A stretch of 64,000 nucleotides of DNA, from positions 480,001-544,000 of the forward strand of contig CAVZDU010000005.1 in NCBI GenBank assembly GCA_963774265.1, read 5' to 3'. Position 1 is the stretch's first letter, and every line of letters starts with the position of its first letter. A program made the translations under genes and the position numbers. This DNA comes from an uncultured Chloroflexia bacterium. GTDB taxonomy: Bacteria; Chloroflexota; Anaerolineae; CG2-30-64-16. The notes beneath the pieces were generated by a model. The model was not told the DNA's origin and searched no databases. It saw only the letters and a program-made list of their open reading frames with translations. Below are positions 25,079 to 34,718 of this stretch, piece by piece.

Positions 25079-25216
25079 TAGCCCCTTTTGAAATGCGACA
25101 GCCAGGGTGCAGCCTTCAAACACGCTTATCGAGGCCGCAGGGTCCCGAAGACAAGGCCGGCTTCAGCAACGTGTGCGTTTTATCTGGACTTTGGTTGGGC
25201 TTGGAGGTACCTTCCA

Positions 25217-26218
25217 GTGGAGTTATTTGGAAAGAACATCTTGATTACAGGCGGGGCCGGGTTCATCGGCAGCCATCTGGTCGACCGGGTTGTGGCCGCC
25301 GGCAACTGCGTGACGATCATCGACGATTTCTCCTGCGGCAAAGAGGCGAACGTCCACCACCACCGGGGCAATCCGCTGGTGCGCATCATTCGGGCAGACA
25401 TCCGCAATTATGACGAGCTAGATCGCGCCATGAGGGGCGTGGACGTGGTCCTGCACTTGGCCGTCTGCTGCGCGCGCACCTCGGCCTCCAACCCGGCCCA
25501 AGCCGATGGAGTGAACGCCGTTGGCTCGCTGAACGTGTGCGAGGCCGCCCGGCGGCATCGTGTCAGGCGGCTGATATATGTCTCTTCGGTTGGCGTGTAT
25601 GGCGACGCCCAGTACTTGCCTGTGGACGAGAGGCACCCCCTTTGGCCAACGAACATGTATGGAGCCAGCAAGGCCGCCGGTGAGATGCACGCCCTCAGCT
25701 ATTGGAAAACCTATGGCCTGCCCACAGCCATCGTCCGGCTGTCGAGCACCTACGGCCCGCGCGAGCCGTCGGAGGGCAGGCGCGCCGAAGTAATACCCAA
25801 GTTCGTGATGCGCATTCGGGCTGGCGAGCGGCCAATCATCTGGGGCACCGGCGAGCAGACCCGCGATTTCACCTACGTGGACGACATCGTGCGCGGTCTG
25901 CTCCTTGCCACGGAATGCGACGCCCTGGTTGGCGAATGTGTGAACCTGGGCCGGGGGCAGGATGTGAGCATCGGGACGGTGTGTCGCATGATCCTGCAGA
26001 AGCTGGATCGCCCGGACCTGGAACCTGTTTTCGTCCCCAACGGGTCATCGCCGGATCGCGATCGGGCCGTTATCAATGTTTGCAAAGCAGGGCAGTTGTT
26101 TGGCTTTAAGGCCTACGTCGATATCGACGCAGGCCTGGATAGCTACATCCAGTGGATACGCCAGCAGGACCTGGACCTGAAGTGCTGGCTGGAGCAGGAT
26201 CGAACGCCGGGGACCTGA
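25217..26218 (+). CDS. NAD-dependent epimerase/dehydratase (extended SDR)
   Basis: GGAGFIGSH, YGASK, GEQTRDFTYVDD; GTG start after GGAGG. Confidence 0.88.
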   Translation: MELFGKNILITGGAGFIGSHLVDRVVAAGNCVTIIDDFSCGKEANVHHHRGNPLVRIIRADIRNYDELDRAMRGVDVVLHLAVCCARTSASNPAQADGVNAVGSLNVCEAARRHRVRRLIYVSSVGVYGDAQYLPVDERHPLWPTNMYGASKAAGEMHALSYWKTYGLPTAIVRLSSTYGPREPSEGRRAEVIPKFVMRIRAGERPIIWGTGEQTRDFTYVDDIVRGLLLATECDALVGECVNLGRGQDVSIGTVCRMILQKLDRPDLEPVFVPNGSSPDRDRAVINVCKAGQLFGFKAYVDIDAGLDSYIQWIRQQDLDLKCWLEQDRTPGT

Positions 26219-26233
26219 AAACAGAATTCCTTC

Positions 26234-26294
26234 TTGACAAGCACTGGCTCTCGTGCTAAACTGTGCAAGTGTTCGCTGATTGTGCAATTGCACA
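26234..26294 (+). promoter_or_regulatory. promoter plus palindromic operator upstream of ROK operon
   Basis: TTGACA-17 bp-(TG)TAAACT; TGTGCAATTGCACA palindrome 26281-26294. Confidence 0.6.
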
Positions 26295-26367
26295 TCCTCT
26301 TCGCCGCTTCGTTCAGTTGCACAGACCTGTATAGTTTGAACCGCACTTAGCCGGTGAGGGTGCTCAT

Positions 26368-27324
26368 ATGGAACCCTGGGTTGTCGGCATAGATCTCGGC
26401 GCGACCAAGGTGGCTCTCGGCCTGATCGATCCTGAGAATCGGATTGTGGCTCGCAGGCGCTTTGCGATGACCGAGGCGCCTTCTGCAGCTGCCGTCGTGG
26501 ACCGCATCGCCGGAGCGGTGACCGAACTATCCGCCAGCCTGCCCTTCGGCCAGCACCCTGTCGGCGTGGCCCTGTGCAGTCCCGGCCCGCTCGATCACCA
26601 GAGCGGCATCATCCTCGATCCTCCTAACGTACCTGCCCTGCACAACGTCCCGCTTGCGCAACTCCTCCAAGATCGACTGGCCCTGCCGGTTCGCCTGGAG
26701 CACGACGCCAAGGCCGCCGCCTTGGGCGAGTACTATTACGGTGCGGGAAAAGGCGCCCGGAGCATGGTGTATATCGTCGTCGGCACGGGGGTCGGCGCGG
26801 CGATCATCGTGGACGGCCAACTATTCCGGGGGGAACACAACTCCGCGGGCGAGATCGGTCACGTCACCATCGATCCGCACGGCGAGCGTTGTTCTTGCGG
26901 CTCGATCGGCTGCGTCGAGACGTTCCTCGCCGGCCCTGGGCTGGTGCGGGCATATCGCCGCTCACTGCAGGAGGCCGCGATCTTGCCCCCAGGCGCGCCC
27001 AGCCCTGACGAGGTGACGGGCGAGGTGGTCGCCCGCCGCGTGGCAGGGGGTGATCCACTGGCCGTGGTCGCGATGGCGCGTGCCGGCGAAGCGCTGGGCG
27101 TCGCAGTCGCCTCCCTGGCGATGATCCTCAATATCGACCTCTATGTTATTGGCAGCAGCGTGTCCAAGGCGGGTGATCTGTTGCTCCAACCTGCACGCGA
27201 GGCTGTGCCGCGCCACGCCTTCCGCTCGGTCGCCAGCCGCGTGCGGATCGTTAGCTGCGACCTGCCGGATGACGGGCCCATTCTCGGGTGCGGCTGGATC
27301 ATCCGCCAGGCGGTGCGGTCATAG
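26368..27324 (+). CDS. ROK family sugar kinase
   Basis: GIDLGATK, EHDAKAAALGE, GEIGH, CSCGSIGCVE. Confidence 0.9.
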   Translation: MEPWVVGIDLGATKVALGLIDPENRIVARRRFAMTEAPSAAAVVDRIAGAVTELSASLPFGQHPVGVALCSPGPLDHQSGIILDPPNVPALHNVPLAQLLQDRLALPVRLEHDAKAAALGEYYYGAGKGARSMVYIVVGTGVGAAIIVDGQLFRGEHNSAGEIGHVTIDPHGERCSCGSIGCVETFLAGPGLVRAYRRSLQEAAILPPGAPSPDEVTGEVVARRVAGGDPLAVVAMARAGEALGVAVASLAMILNIDLYVIGSSVSKAGDLLLQPAREAVPRHAFRSVASRVRIVSCDLPDDGPILGCGWIIRQAVRS

Positions 27325-27358
27325 TGGAGACCTGTTGTCCATCCGAGGAGGCTTCAAG

Positions 27359-28414
27359 ATGGTGATTCGTATCGGCATCGTCGGTTGTGGCTCCATCAGC
27401 GAGTTCCGGCACGTCCCCGAGTACGCCGCCAATCGCAGCGCCAGGCTCGTCGCCTATTGCGACCCGCAGGGGGACAGGGCCGCGAGACTGGCAGCCAGGT
27501 ACGGCGGGCGGGTCGCGACCGATTACCGTGAGATCATCGAAGACCCGGAGATTGATGCCATCAGCGATTGCTCGACAAACGAGATGCATCACATTATCAC
27601 TACGGCTGCACTGGAGCACGACAAGCACGTACTTTGCGAGAAACCGATGGCGTTGACCCGCGAAGGCGCCCACATGATGCTGGATGCGAGCCGTAAGTCG
27701 GGCAAGATCTTGATGCTCGGCCACAACCAGCGCCTCGCCCCCGCGCACCGTAAGGCCAGGGCCATTCTCGAGGGCGGAGAGCTCGGCAAGGTGCTGACCT
27801 TCGCCACCGTCTTCGGGCACAAAGGCCCCGAGTACTGGAGCGCCGACAAGAGCAAGGCAACGTGGTTCTTCGATCGCGTCCGTTCGGGGTTCGGCGTCAC
27901 CGGCGACCTGGGCATCCACAAGGTGGATCTCCTGCGTTACTTGTTGGATGATGAATTTGTTGAGGTTTGCGCCCAGGAAGGGGTCCTCGACAAGGTCGAC
28001 TCCTCAGGTCAGCCCATTTCCAGCAGCGACAACCTGGTGGCTTTGCTCAAGACCGAACGCGGTGCTTTCGGCACGCTGACGGTGAGTTGGACCCACTACG
28101 GCCCCGAGAGCAATAGCACTACGCTCTACTGCCAGCGCGGGATCATGCAACTGTACGGCGATCCCACCTATCAGATCGTGATCCGGAAGGTTGATGGCGA
28201 GGAGGCGCTGTATAAGGTCGGCGAGATCCAGACCAACGACAACCAGACGAACAGCGGCGTCATCGACGCCTTCATCGATGCCATCCAGCGCGGTGTCCCG
28301 CCGCCCATTACCGGTGAGGACGGTCTGCGAGGGTTGGAGGTCGTGTGGGCCGCAGTAGAATCGGCGGCTAAGGGGGTCAGGGTTCGGGTGTCACATGAGG
28401 GGCGAGGTCTGTAA
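27359..28414 (+). CDS. Gfo/Idh/MocA oxidoreductase
   Basis: GIVGCGSI, HVLCEKPM, GDLGIHKVD. Confidence 0.9.
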   Translation: MVIRIGIVGCGSISEFRHVPEYAANRSARLVAYCDPQGDRAARLAARYGGRVATDYREIIEDPEIDAISDCSTNEMHHIITTAALEHDKHVLCEKPMALTREGAHMMLDASRKSGKILMLGHNQRLAPAHRKARAILEGGELGKVLTFATVFGHKGPEYWSADKSKATWFFDRVRSGFGVTGDLGIHKVDLLRYLLDDEFVEVCAQEGVLDKVDSSGQPISSSDNLVALLKTERGAFGTLTVSWTHYGPESNSTTLYCQRGIMQLYGDPTYQIVIRKVDGEEALYKVGEIQTNDNQTNSGVIDAFIDAIQRGVPPPITGEDGLRGLEVVWAAVESAAKGVRVRVSHEGRGL

Positions 28415-28417
28415 GAG

Positions 28418-29188
28418 ATGAAAGAAACCATCGGGAAGATTGACGGCAGGACCAAAATCGCGGCCGGCCTGTTCTGGGCCGATTACGGCGTTCTTGGCGC
28501 CCAGGTGGAGGAACTGACTGCAGGCGGCGTGGATTGGATCCACCTGGAGATGCGCGACGGCAAATACATGAACTTCAGCGTTCCGCGCGGCGGCATCGAT
28601 ATTCTCGAAGGGGCGCGCGACCACACCGATCTGGACATCGAAGTCCAGCTACAGATGATGCGACCTGATCACGAACTGTTCCGCCAGTTGGCGGACGCGG
28701 GCGCCAATCCGATTTCCCTGCCCATCGAGACCACCGGGGAAACCCTGATCCAGAGCATCTCCTACATCAAAGAGACTCTGGGCCTCAAAGTAGGCGTATG
28801 GGCCTGGCAGGGTTGCCCATTGGTTTTCTTCGATCCCTACCTGCCGTTCGTAGACATCATCGAATACGAGAGCCGGGCGCCGTTCTGGGCGCCGTTGAAG
28901 CCGGGACAGAGCCCGCATACGATCGACCCGATCGTGATCGAAAGCATCGGCACGCTCCATGACATGTTGGTCGGCCGTGGAGTCGCGGACCGGGTCGATC
29001 TGATGGAAGACGGAGGCCTGAACGCCGGCAACGTCGCGCAGTTTGTTGCCGCGGGCATGACCGTGGGCGAATTCTCCTCGCCGCTGCTCAAGGGTCCGGG
29101 CGGCAAGCTGCGCCCCGGCACGGGCGAAATCGCGGCCGCCGTGGCCCGCGTGCGTGCGGCGCTCGATCGGGCCGTGGCCGGCAGGTAA
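28418..29188 (+). CDS. divergent ribulose-phosphate 3-epimerase family protein
   Basis: DWIHLEMRDG, MEDGGLN resemble Rpe HxDVMDG and VDGG motifs. Confidence 0.7.
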   Translation: MKETIGKIDGRTKIAAGLFWADYGVLGAQVEELTAGGVDWIHLEMRDGKYMNFSVPRGGIDILEGARDHTDLDIEVQLQMMRPDHELFRQLADAGANPISLPIETTGETLIQSISYIKETLGLKVGVWAWQGCPLVFFDPYLPFVDIIEYESRAPFWAPLKPGQSPHTIDPIVIESIGTLHDMLVGRGVADRVDLMEDGGLNAGNVAQFVAAGMTVGEFSSPLLKGPGGKLRPGTGEIAAAVARVRAALDRAVAGR

Positions 29189-29192
29189 CACG

Positions 29193-30353
29193 ATGACGAA
29201 CACCCTCCGGCCACTCGGCATCGCTATGATCGGCTACGGCGGAATCGGGCGGGTTCACGCCATGGGCTACCGCGACCTCGGCTTCCACTATGGCTTGCCG
29301 GCCGATGCGGTGCGACTGGTCGGCGTCGCGACGACAAGGGCCGAAACGGCTGAGAAGGCGGCGCGCGAGATCGGTTGCCCGATCTGGACGGCCGATTACC
29401 GGGATCTGCTGGCACGTGACGATGTACAGGTCGTCGACGTGTCTGTGCCCAACGACCGGCACGAGGAGATCGTGCTGGCCGCGGCTGCAGCAGGTAAGCA
29501 CATCTACTGCGAGAAGCCACTCGCGCTGGATGCGGCCCAGGCGGAACGCATGGCGCACGCGGTCGAGGAGGCCGGTGTCAAGGCACAGGTGACCTTCAAC
29601 TTCCGATTCGTTCCCGCTGTGTTGAGGGCCCGCCAGCTTCTCGACGAAGGCCTGGTCGGTCGCGTCTTTTCCTTTCGGACCTGGTATTTTCGTTCCAGTT
29701 ACATCTCGCCACAGCGGCCGCTCACCTGGCGCTTCAGCCGGGAAGTGTCGGGCGGCGGCGCGCTCTTTGACCTGGGCTCGCACCTGCTGGACCTGATCAG
29801 GTTCCTGTTGGGGGATGTGGCCCAGGTACGCGCCATGCTGGAGACGCGCATCCTCGAGCGCCCGGTAGCCGGCGATCCATCCAGGATGGGCAAGGTAGAG
29901 GTCGATGACCTGGCCTTTCTGCACATGCGGCTGGCCGACGGTACGCCCGGCGCCGCCGAGACTTCGCGGCTGGCCACCGGCGCCACGAACGACTTCGAGC
30001 TCGAGATTTTCGGCGAGTCGGGCGCCGTTCGTCTCAACCTCACCGACCCGAACTGGCTGCACATTTACGATACACGCGCGGCGGACAAGCCGGTGGGCGG
30101 GCGCCGCGGCTACACCCGGGTGGAAACCATTCAACGTTTCGACGGCGCGCTTGCACCGGATTGGACCCAACCGATGAGCTTCGTGCGCTCACACGCAGAA
30201 TGCCAGTACCAGTTTTTGAAGGCCATCTGGGAAGATCGTGCACCCGAGCCCGATTTCTGGGACGGCGTGGCCGTCCAGGCCATGCTGGACGCGGCGCAAG
30301 CCTCCGCCCGCGAGAACCGATGGGCGGACGTTGAACGGATTGAACGGACATAA
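29193..30353 (+). CDS. Gfo/Idh/MocA oxidoreductase
   Basis: IGYGGIG, IYCEKPL, GGGALFDLGSHLLD. Confidence 0.9.
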   Translation: MTNTLRPLGIAMIGYGGIGRVHAMGYRDLGFHYGLPADAVRLVGVATTRAETAEKAAREIGCPIWTADYRDLLARDDVQVVDVSVPNDRHEEIVLAAAAAGKHIYCEKPLALDAAQAERMAHAVEEAGVKAQVTFNFRFVPAVLRARQLLDEGLVGRVFSFRTWYFRSSYISPQRPLTWRFSREVSGGGALFDLGSHLLDLIRFLLGDVAQVRAMLETRILERPVAGDPSRMGKVEVDDLAFLHMRLADGTPGAAETSRLATGATNDFELEIFGESGAVRLNLTDPNWLHIYDTRAADKPVGGRRGYTRVETIQRFDGALAPDWTQPMSFVRSHAECQYQFLKAIWEDRAPEPDFWDGVAVQAMLDAAQASARENRWADVERIERT

Positions 30354-30373
30354 CCCCGATGATCACAACAGCC

Positions 30374-30398
30374 GGGCGACCGCAGGGGTCGCCCTTAC
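30374..30398. repeat. REP-like palindrome
   Basis: minus strand GTAA-GGGCGACC-cctgc-GGTCGCCC. Confidence 0.4.
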
Positions 30399-30406
30399 CC
30401 CTCCAA

Positions 30407-30634
30407 ATGCACGTCCCGGTGTTCGCCGGCTATGGTGAGTTGGCCTACGAGGACCGCCTCGTGCCACATCCCCAGGCGGCCGACGACGCGCTGGTCGGAA
30501 CCTTCCATCCCGGTGTTTTGATCACGCATCGTCTGCCGCTCTCGGCCCTGGCGGAGGGCGTAAGCCTGATGCGGTCGGGACAGGCCATGAAGGTCGCCAT
30601 TCAGATGGCCGAGCATGGACCCAGTCTATCGTGA
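30407..30634 (+). pseudogene. internally deleted zinc-dependent (MDR) dehydrogenase
   Basis: MDR-like N-terminus (VFAGYGELAYEDRLVPHP) fused directly to MDR-like C-terminus (LITHRLPL...AMKVAI). Confidence 0.55.
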
Positions 30635-30853
30635 TATGCCGGCAGATTGGGTAAGAGAGCTTATGCGTGCCGCGGATTCTGTGTTGCGCCGCGCTGGTGC
30701 TCTCGCTTGAGGCCGTGCGCCGGGCAAGCGCCATCATCACCGCCTCACTGTTGGTGGTCGGCGGCGCCACCTGGCTCATCCTGATGACGCATCCGGTGAC
30801 CTACCCGGAAGAGTCGCTGTTGATCGGTTGAAGAAATACCGGACACAACATGC

Positions 30854-31970
30854 CTATCCCTCCCAGCTACGCACCCCCTCGTTGACGAACTGCGTCAGCT
30901 CGCCGACGCTCAGCCGGTCGATGCCCAGCTTGTCCAGCGTACGGCCGCGGCGCCAGTAGTCGGTGCGGTGGATGATGCACGCCAGGCGGATGATCGCATC
31001 CATGCCGCGCACCGAGACGCCGATAGTGCTGGCCCAGCGCCGCAATGGGCACCAGGCTCATCGGAATGTCCTCGAAGATGTAACGATGGTTCAGCGTGCT
31101 GGGCGCCTTGATGCCATAGTAGCCGGGCTGGTTGTGGATGGCCTCGTTGAGGTCTTCGCCTTCGGCGTCGTAGGCCATCTTGAGCCACTCCTGGGCCGTC
31201 TGCGCGCGGATGCCCAGCGAGGCAGCCACGGTCACCCGCTCGCGATCCAGCACCTCCAGCACCCGCGCCACCGACGGCGTCACCCCCTCGATGTAGAACT
31301 CGTAGTCGCCGTGGGTGGACTCGATGCGGCCCGCGTTGAGCAGGGTCAGCGCCGGATGGAAGATCGCGCCCATGTTGTCGAGCCCGGTGCGCAGCACGTT
31401 GATCCCGTCGATGAACTGCGGATAGGCCGGCGCCAGGGCTTCCAGGACTTGCGCCGTGCGCGTGGCCGGCAGCGCGGCCAGCGGCACGGCCTCCTTGATG
31501 CGGAAGATGCGCGCCTGGGCCGGGCCATCGGAACGGCTGGCATAGATGAAGGTGCCGGCCTCGGCGACGGTGACATCGGCCTGGCAGCCCTGGTCGCAGA
31601 GCACCTTGTCGAACTCGATGGCGCCCAGGGTGCGGCCAGGATGCAGCACGACGATCTGCCCGTCGCGCAGGTGCGGCGCCGCGGTCTTGGCGATCTCGGC
31701 GTGGGCCGAAGAAGGCACGACGACATGCACCACGTCGGCCTCCGCCAGCGCTTCGCCCATGTCTGACGTGACGGCCGCCAGCCGGCCGAAGCCGTGCGGG
31801 CCGCCGTCGTAGCTCTCCAGGTCGATCCCGCGGCGAGCCTTGATGGCCGCCACGCGCTCGGGGGTGCGGTTGAACAGGGTCACGCGGAATCCCATCAGCG
31901 CCAGGTGGGCGGCCATCGCCTTGCCGCCGTGCCCCGCGCCGATGACGGTGTAGTTTGGAGTCGTGCTCAT
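30854..31970 (-). CDS. NAD/NADP octopine/nopaline (opine) dehydrogenase family protein (frameshift ~31025)
   Basis: GAGHGG, LHPGRTLGA, NMGAIFHP, FYIEG, LDRER, HRYIFEDIPMSL, YWRRGRTL. Confidence 0.88.
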
Positions 31971-32055
31971 TGACTGCCTCCTCATGGAATAGAGTGGATC
32001 AGGCCACGAGACGGCGGAGTGCTGTCTCACGGCCTCGACCGTGCGGAGCCGTTAC

Positions 32056-33725
32056 TCAGCTCAGCCAGATGGTGAGTTCGCTCAGAGGACTACCGGCGGC
32101 ATCCACTGCGACGCAGGCGCCCCGTTCGTCGATGCGGGTGACGATCCGCCCGCACGCGTAGCGGTTGTTGCGCAGGTGCGGCGCGTCCAGGATACCGGAG
32201 GTCACGGCCCGCGCCAGCGTGGCCGGATCGCGTGAAGGGATCGGCGCACGTCCGGCGCCAGCCAGGCGCACGGATGGCGTCCAGCGTCGACCTGCGCCTC
32301 GGCGATCAGTTCCTGCTTGCGCGCCTGGACGCGCGGGTCAGCCGGTCATGTCCGGAGCGCCGGCCACGGCATTCTCGATGGCTCGCCGCGCGACCTTGCA
32401 GGCGGCGATCACATCCTCGGCGGTGGCGGCGTGATGCGCCTCAGTGTGGCCGACCACGTGCACGATGTGCGGCTTGAGCGCCATCTGCAGATAGGTGGCC
32501 GCTGCCAGGTGCCCGCGCGCCGCTTCCGGATCGAGCGGGTGGCTCAGCAGGCCGACGCGGGTCTGCCGGTAGATGCGAAAGCTGCCCTCACTCCGGCCTC
32601 TGCCGAAGCAAGGGGCTCGATCATCTCCAGACACGCCAGCATCTTGGCCAGATCCATCGCATCCGAGAGGCCGGGCGGACTGTTGAACATCATCTGTGCG
32701 ATGTAGTCGCGCACGCCGAAGCGCGCGAGCGTTGTAGGCCGACAGATAGGCGGCGACGACGAAGACCACGTCCGGCGCATCGCGCATGCCCCAATGATGC
32801 GGCTCGTTGAGCTCCACCGGGATGCCCCGTGCGCCGTACCAGGCCATCAACTGCTGGTGCTCTCGGATCGAAGATCTCGAGGTCGTGTGGGCCGCGGCCA
32901 TCCATCGCGTTGAACCAGAAGAGCGGCACCGCGGCCCAGGCGATATTGATCGTCTCGACGTACATCTCCGCCAGCCGGATGAAGTCGTCGGTGCCCGAAT
33001 AGGTGCGCATCAGTGGGTGGTTGCCGCGGCGGCTGGCGGCGTAGAGCTGCCGGTAGTCATCGGCGCTGCGCACCGGCACGCCGCCTGCGCCCGTGCGCCG
33101 CGGGTCCTGTCGCTCCGGGTGGAAGAAGTTCTCCTGCGCATCCTGGTCGATGCCCAGCGAAATCACGTCCAGCACGCGTGCGTCGGCGATTTGCTCGATG
33201 CCCTGCGCGCGTGGCTTCCACCGTCGGCAGGCCGAAGTGATGGCGCATGAGCGGATAGGGCGCTTTCCAGGCGATGCGCTCAACGGTCGTCTGTGGGATA
33301 GTCGGCCTCGGTCGCTGTGTACTGACGCGCCCACGCAGGTAGGCCAACACTTCCTCGGTCGGCTCCGAGCCGTCGAAAACGCGCTCGAAGAAGCCGATGA
33401 GCGGCCGCTCGCTCGGCCACCGGCGGCGTGCCGCCGAACGCGAAGCGCACCCCTGCCGGCGCGCAGATCGTCGGCGGCTTCGGCGAACTCGACCAGCAGC
33501 CGTTCGCCGGTCTCCGGGGTCAGCCGGTAGGAAACGCCGACCAGTGACGCCGCATGCTTCGGCGCGCGCCGCCTCAAGCACGCGCTCGACCGGGACGGCC
33601 GGCCCCAGGAAGACCGTCTGCCAGCCGGCCGCCTCGGCCAGGCGCAGAAAGTTCATGACGCCGGCGACATGGACGCATTCGCCCAGCGCCGCAGCGACAA
33701 CTGTTTTCTGTTTATGAGAATTCAT
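32056..33725 (-). CDS. cobalamin-binding domain + TIM-barrel mutase-like protein (multiple frameshifts)
   Basis: N-terminal B12-binding Rossmann fold (GECVHVAG, FLGPAVP, VGVSY, FGG) followed by ~400 aa (RHHFGLP, GAGGVP, RTYSGT, ELNEPHHW) reconstructed across frames. Confidence 0.75.
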
Positions 33726-33827
33726 AAGGAAATATCATCCATATCAAGTTTGACAAAGGATATATCTTTCTTTATGATACTATCATCCTGACAATCTGTC
33801 AAACACGATTTCACGGAGGCGACTTTT
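33726..33827. promoter_or_regulatory. AT-rich divergent promoter region
   Basis: TTGACA-17 bp-TATGAT toward rpiR; GGAAATATCATCC and GGATATATCTTTC boxes. Confidence 0.55.
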
Positions 33828-34637
33828 ATGGCCGGTGGTGACCTGCCCGCACCCAATTTGATGCTGACGATTCGCGGTCTGCTCCCTTCGCTGAACGAGC
33901 AGGAACAGAAGGTCGGCCAATATGTGCTCGACCATCCATATGAAGTCATCCACCTGCCGATGGCAGACCTCGCAGTACGCTGCGGCGTAGGCGATACGAC
34001 GATCTTCCGCTTTTGCCGCCGCGTCCGAACCGAGGGTTACCAGGATTTCAAAATCTCCCTTGCGCGCGAGCTGCCACAGGCCACGCCTGCCATATTTGCG
34101 GCTGAGGCAGCCGGTGACGCGTTGGCCCAGGCCGCGCATAAGGTGATCACGGACGATATGAAGTCACTGGAGGACACCTTGCGCGTCCTGGATCTGGGCG
34201 CACTGGTGCGTGCGGCAGAGGCGCTGCTGGCCGCGCGACGGGTGGACATCTACGGCTCGGGCGGCAGCGCGGTCGCCGCGCTCGACCTGCAGTACAAACT
34301 GATGCGCGTGGGGGTGCGGGCGCTGGCATACACCGACGCCCAATTGCAGGCACTGTCCGCATCCCTCCTGACCCCGGCTGACCTGGCCGTCGGCATTTCC
34401 CATTCGGGCGCCGCGCCGGACGTGCTCCGAGCACTGGAGATGGCCAGGGAAGCAGGCGCGCAGACGATCGCACTCACCAACCACCCGGCGTCGCCGATCG
34501 CCCGACTCGCAGATATCAGCCTTTGCTCTGCAGCGCAGGAGGCTCCGGGGCACGGTTACCCCCTGGGCGCGCGCGTGGCCCAGGTGGGACTGATCGATGT
34601 GCTTTACACCTTTCTGACGCTCAAGCGACCGGGATGA
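33828..34637 (+). CDS. MurR/RpiR family transcriptional regulator
   Basis: HTH (TTIFRFCR...GYQDFK) + SIS domain (YGSGGS, ISHSG, IALTN). Confidence 0.92.
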   Translation: MAGGDLPAPNLMLTIRGLLPSLNEQEQKVGQYVLDHPYEVIHLPMADLAVRCGVGDTTIFRFCRRVRTEGYQDFKISLARELPQATPAIFAAEAAGDALAQAAHKVITDDMKSLEDTLRVLDLGALVRAAEALLAARRVDIYGSGGSAVAALDLQYKLMRVGVRALAYTDAQLQALSASLLTPADLAVGISHSGAAPDVLRALEMAREAGAQTIALTNHPASPIARLADISLCSAAQEAPGHGYPLGARVAQVGLIDVLYTFLTLKRPG

Positions 34638-34718
34638 TCGGTTCGGCCGCCGGCTTCAGGTGGCAGGCGCAGCTTCGGGATCGGCTACGCACCGAACTAC
34701 CGATATTCAGATTGAAGG

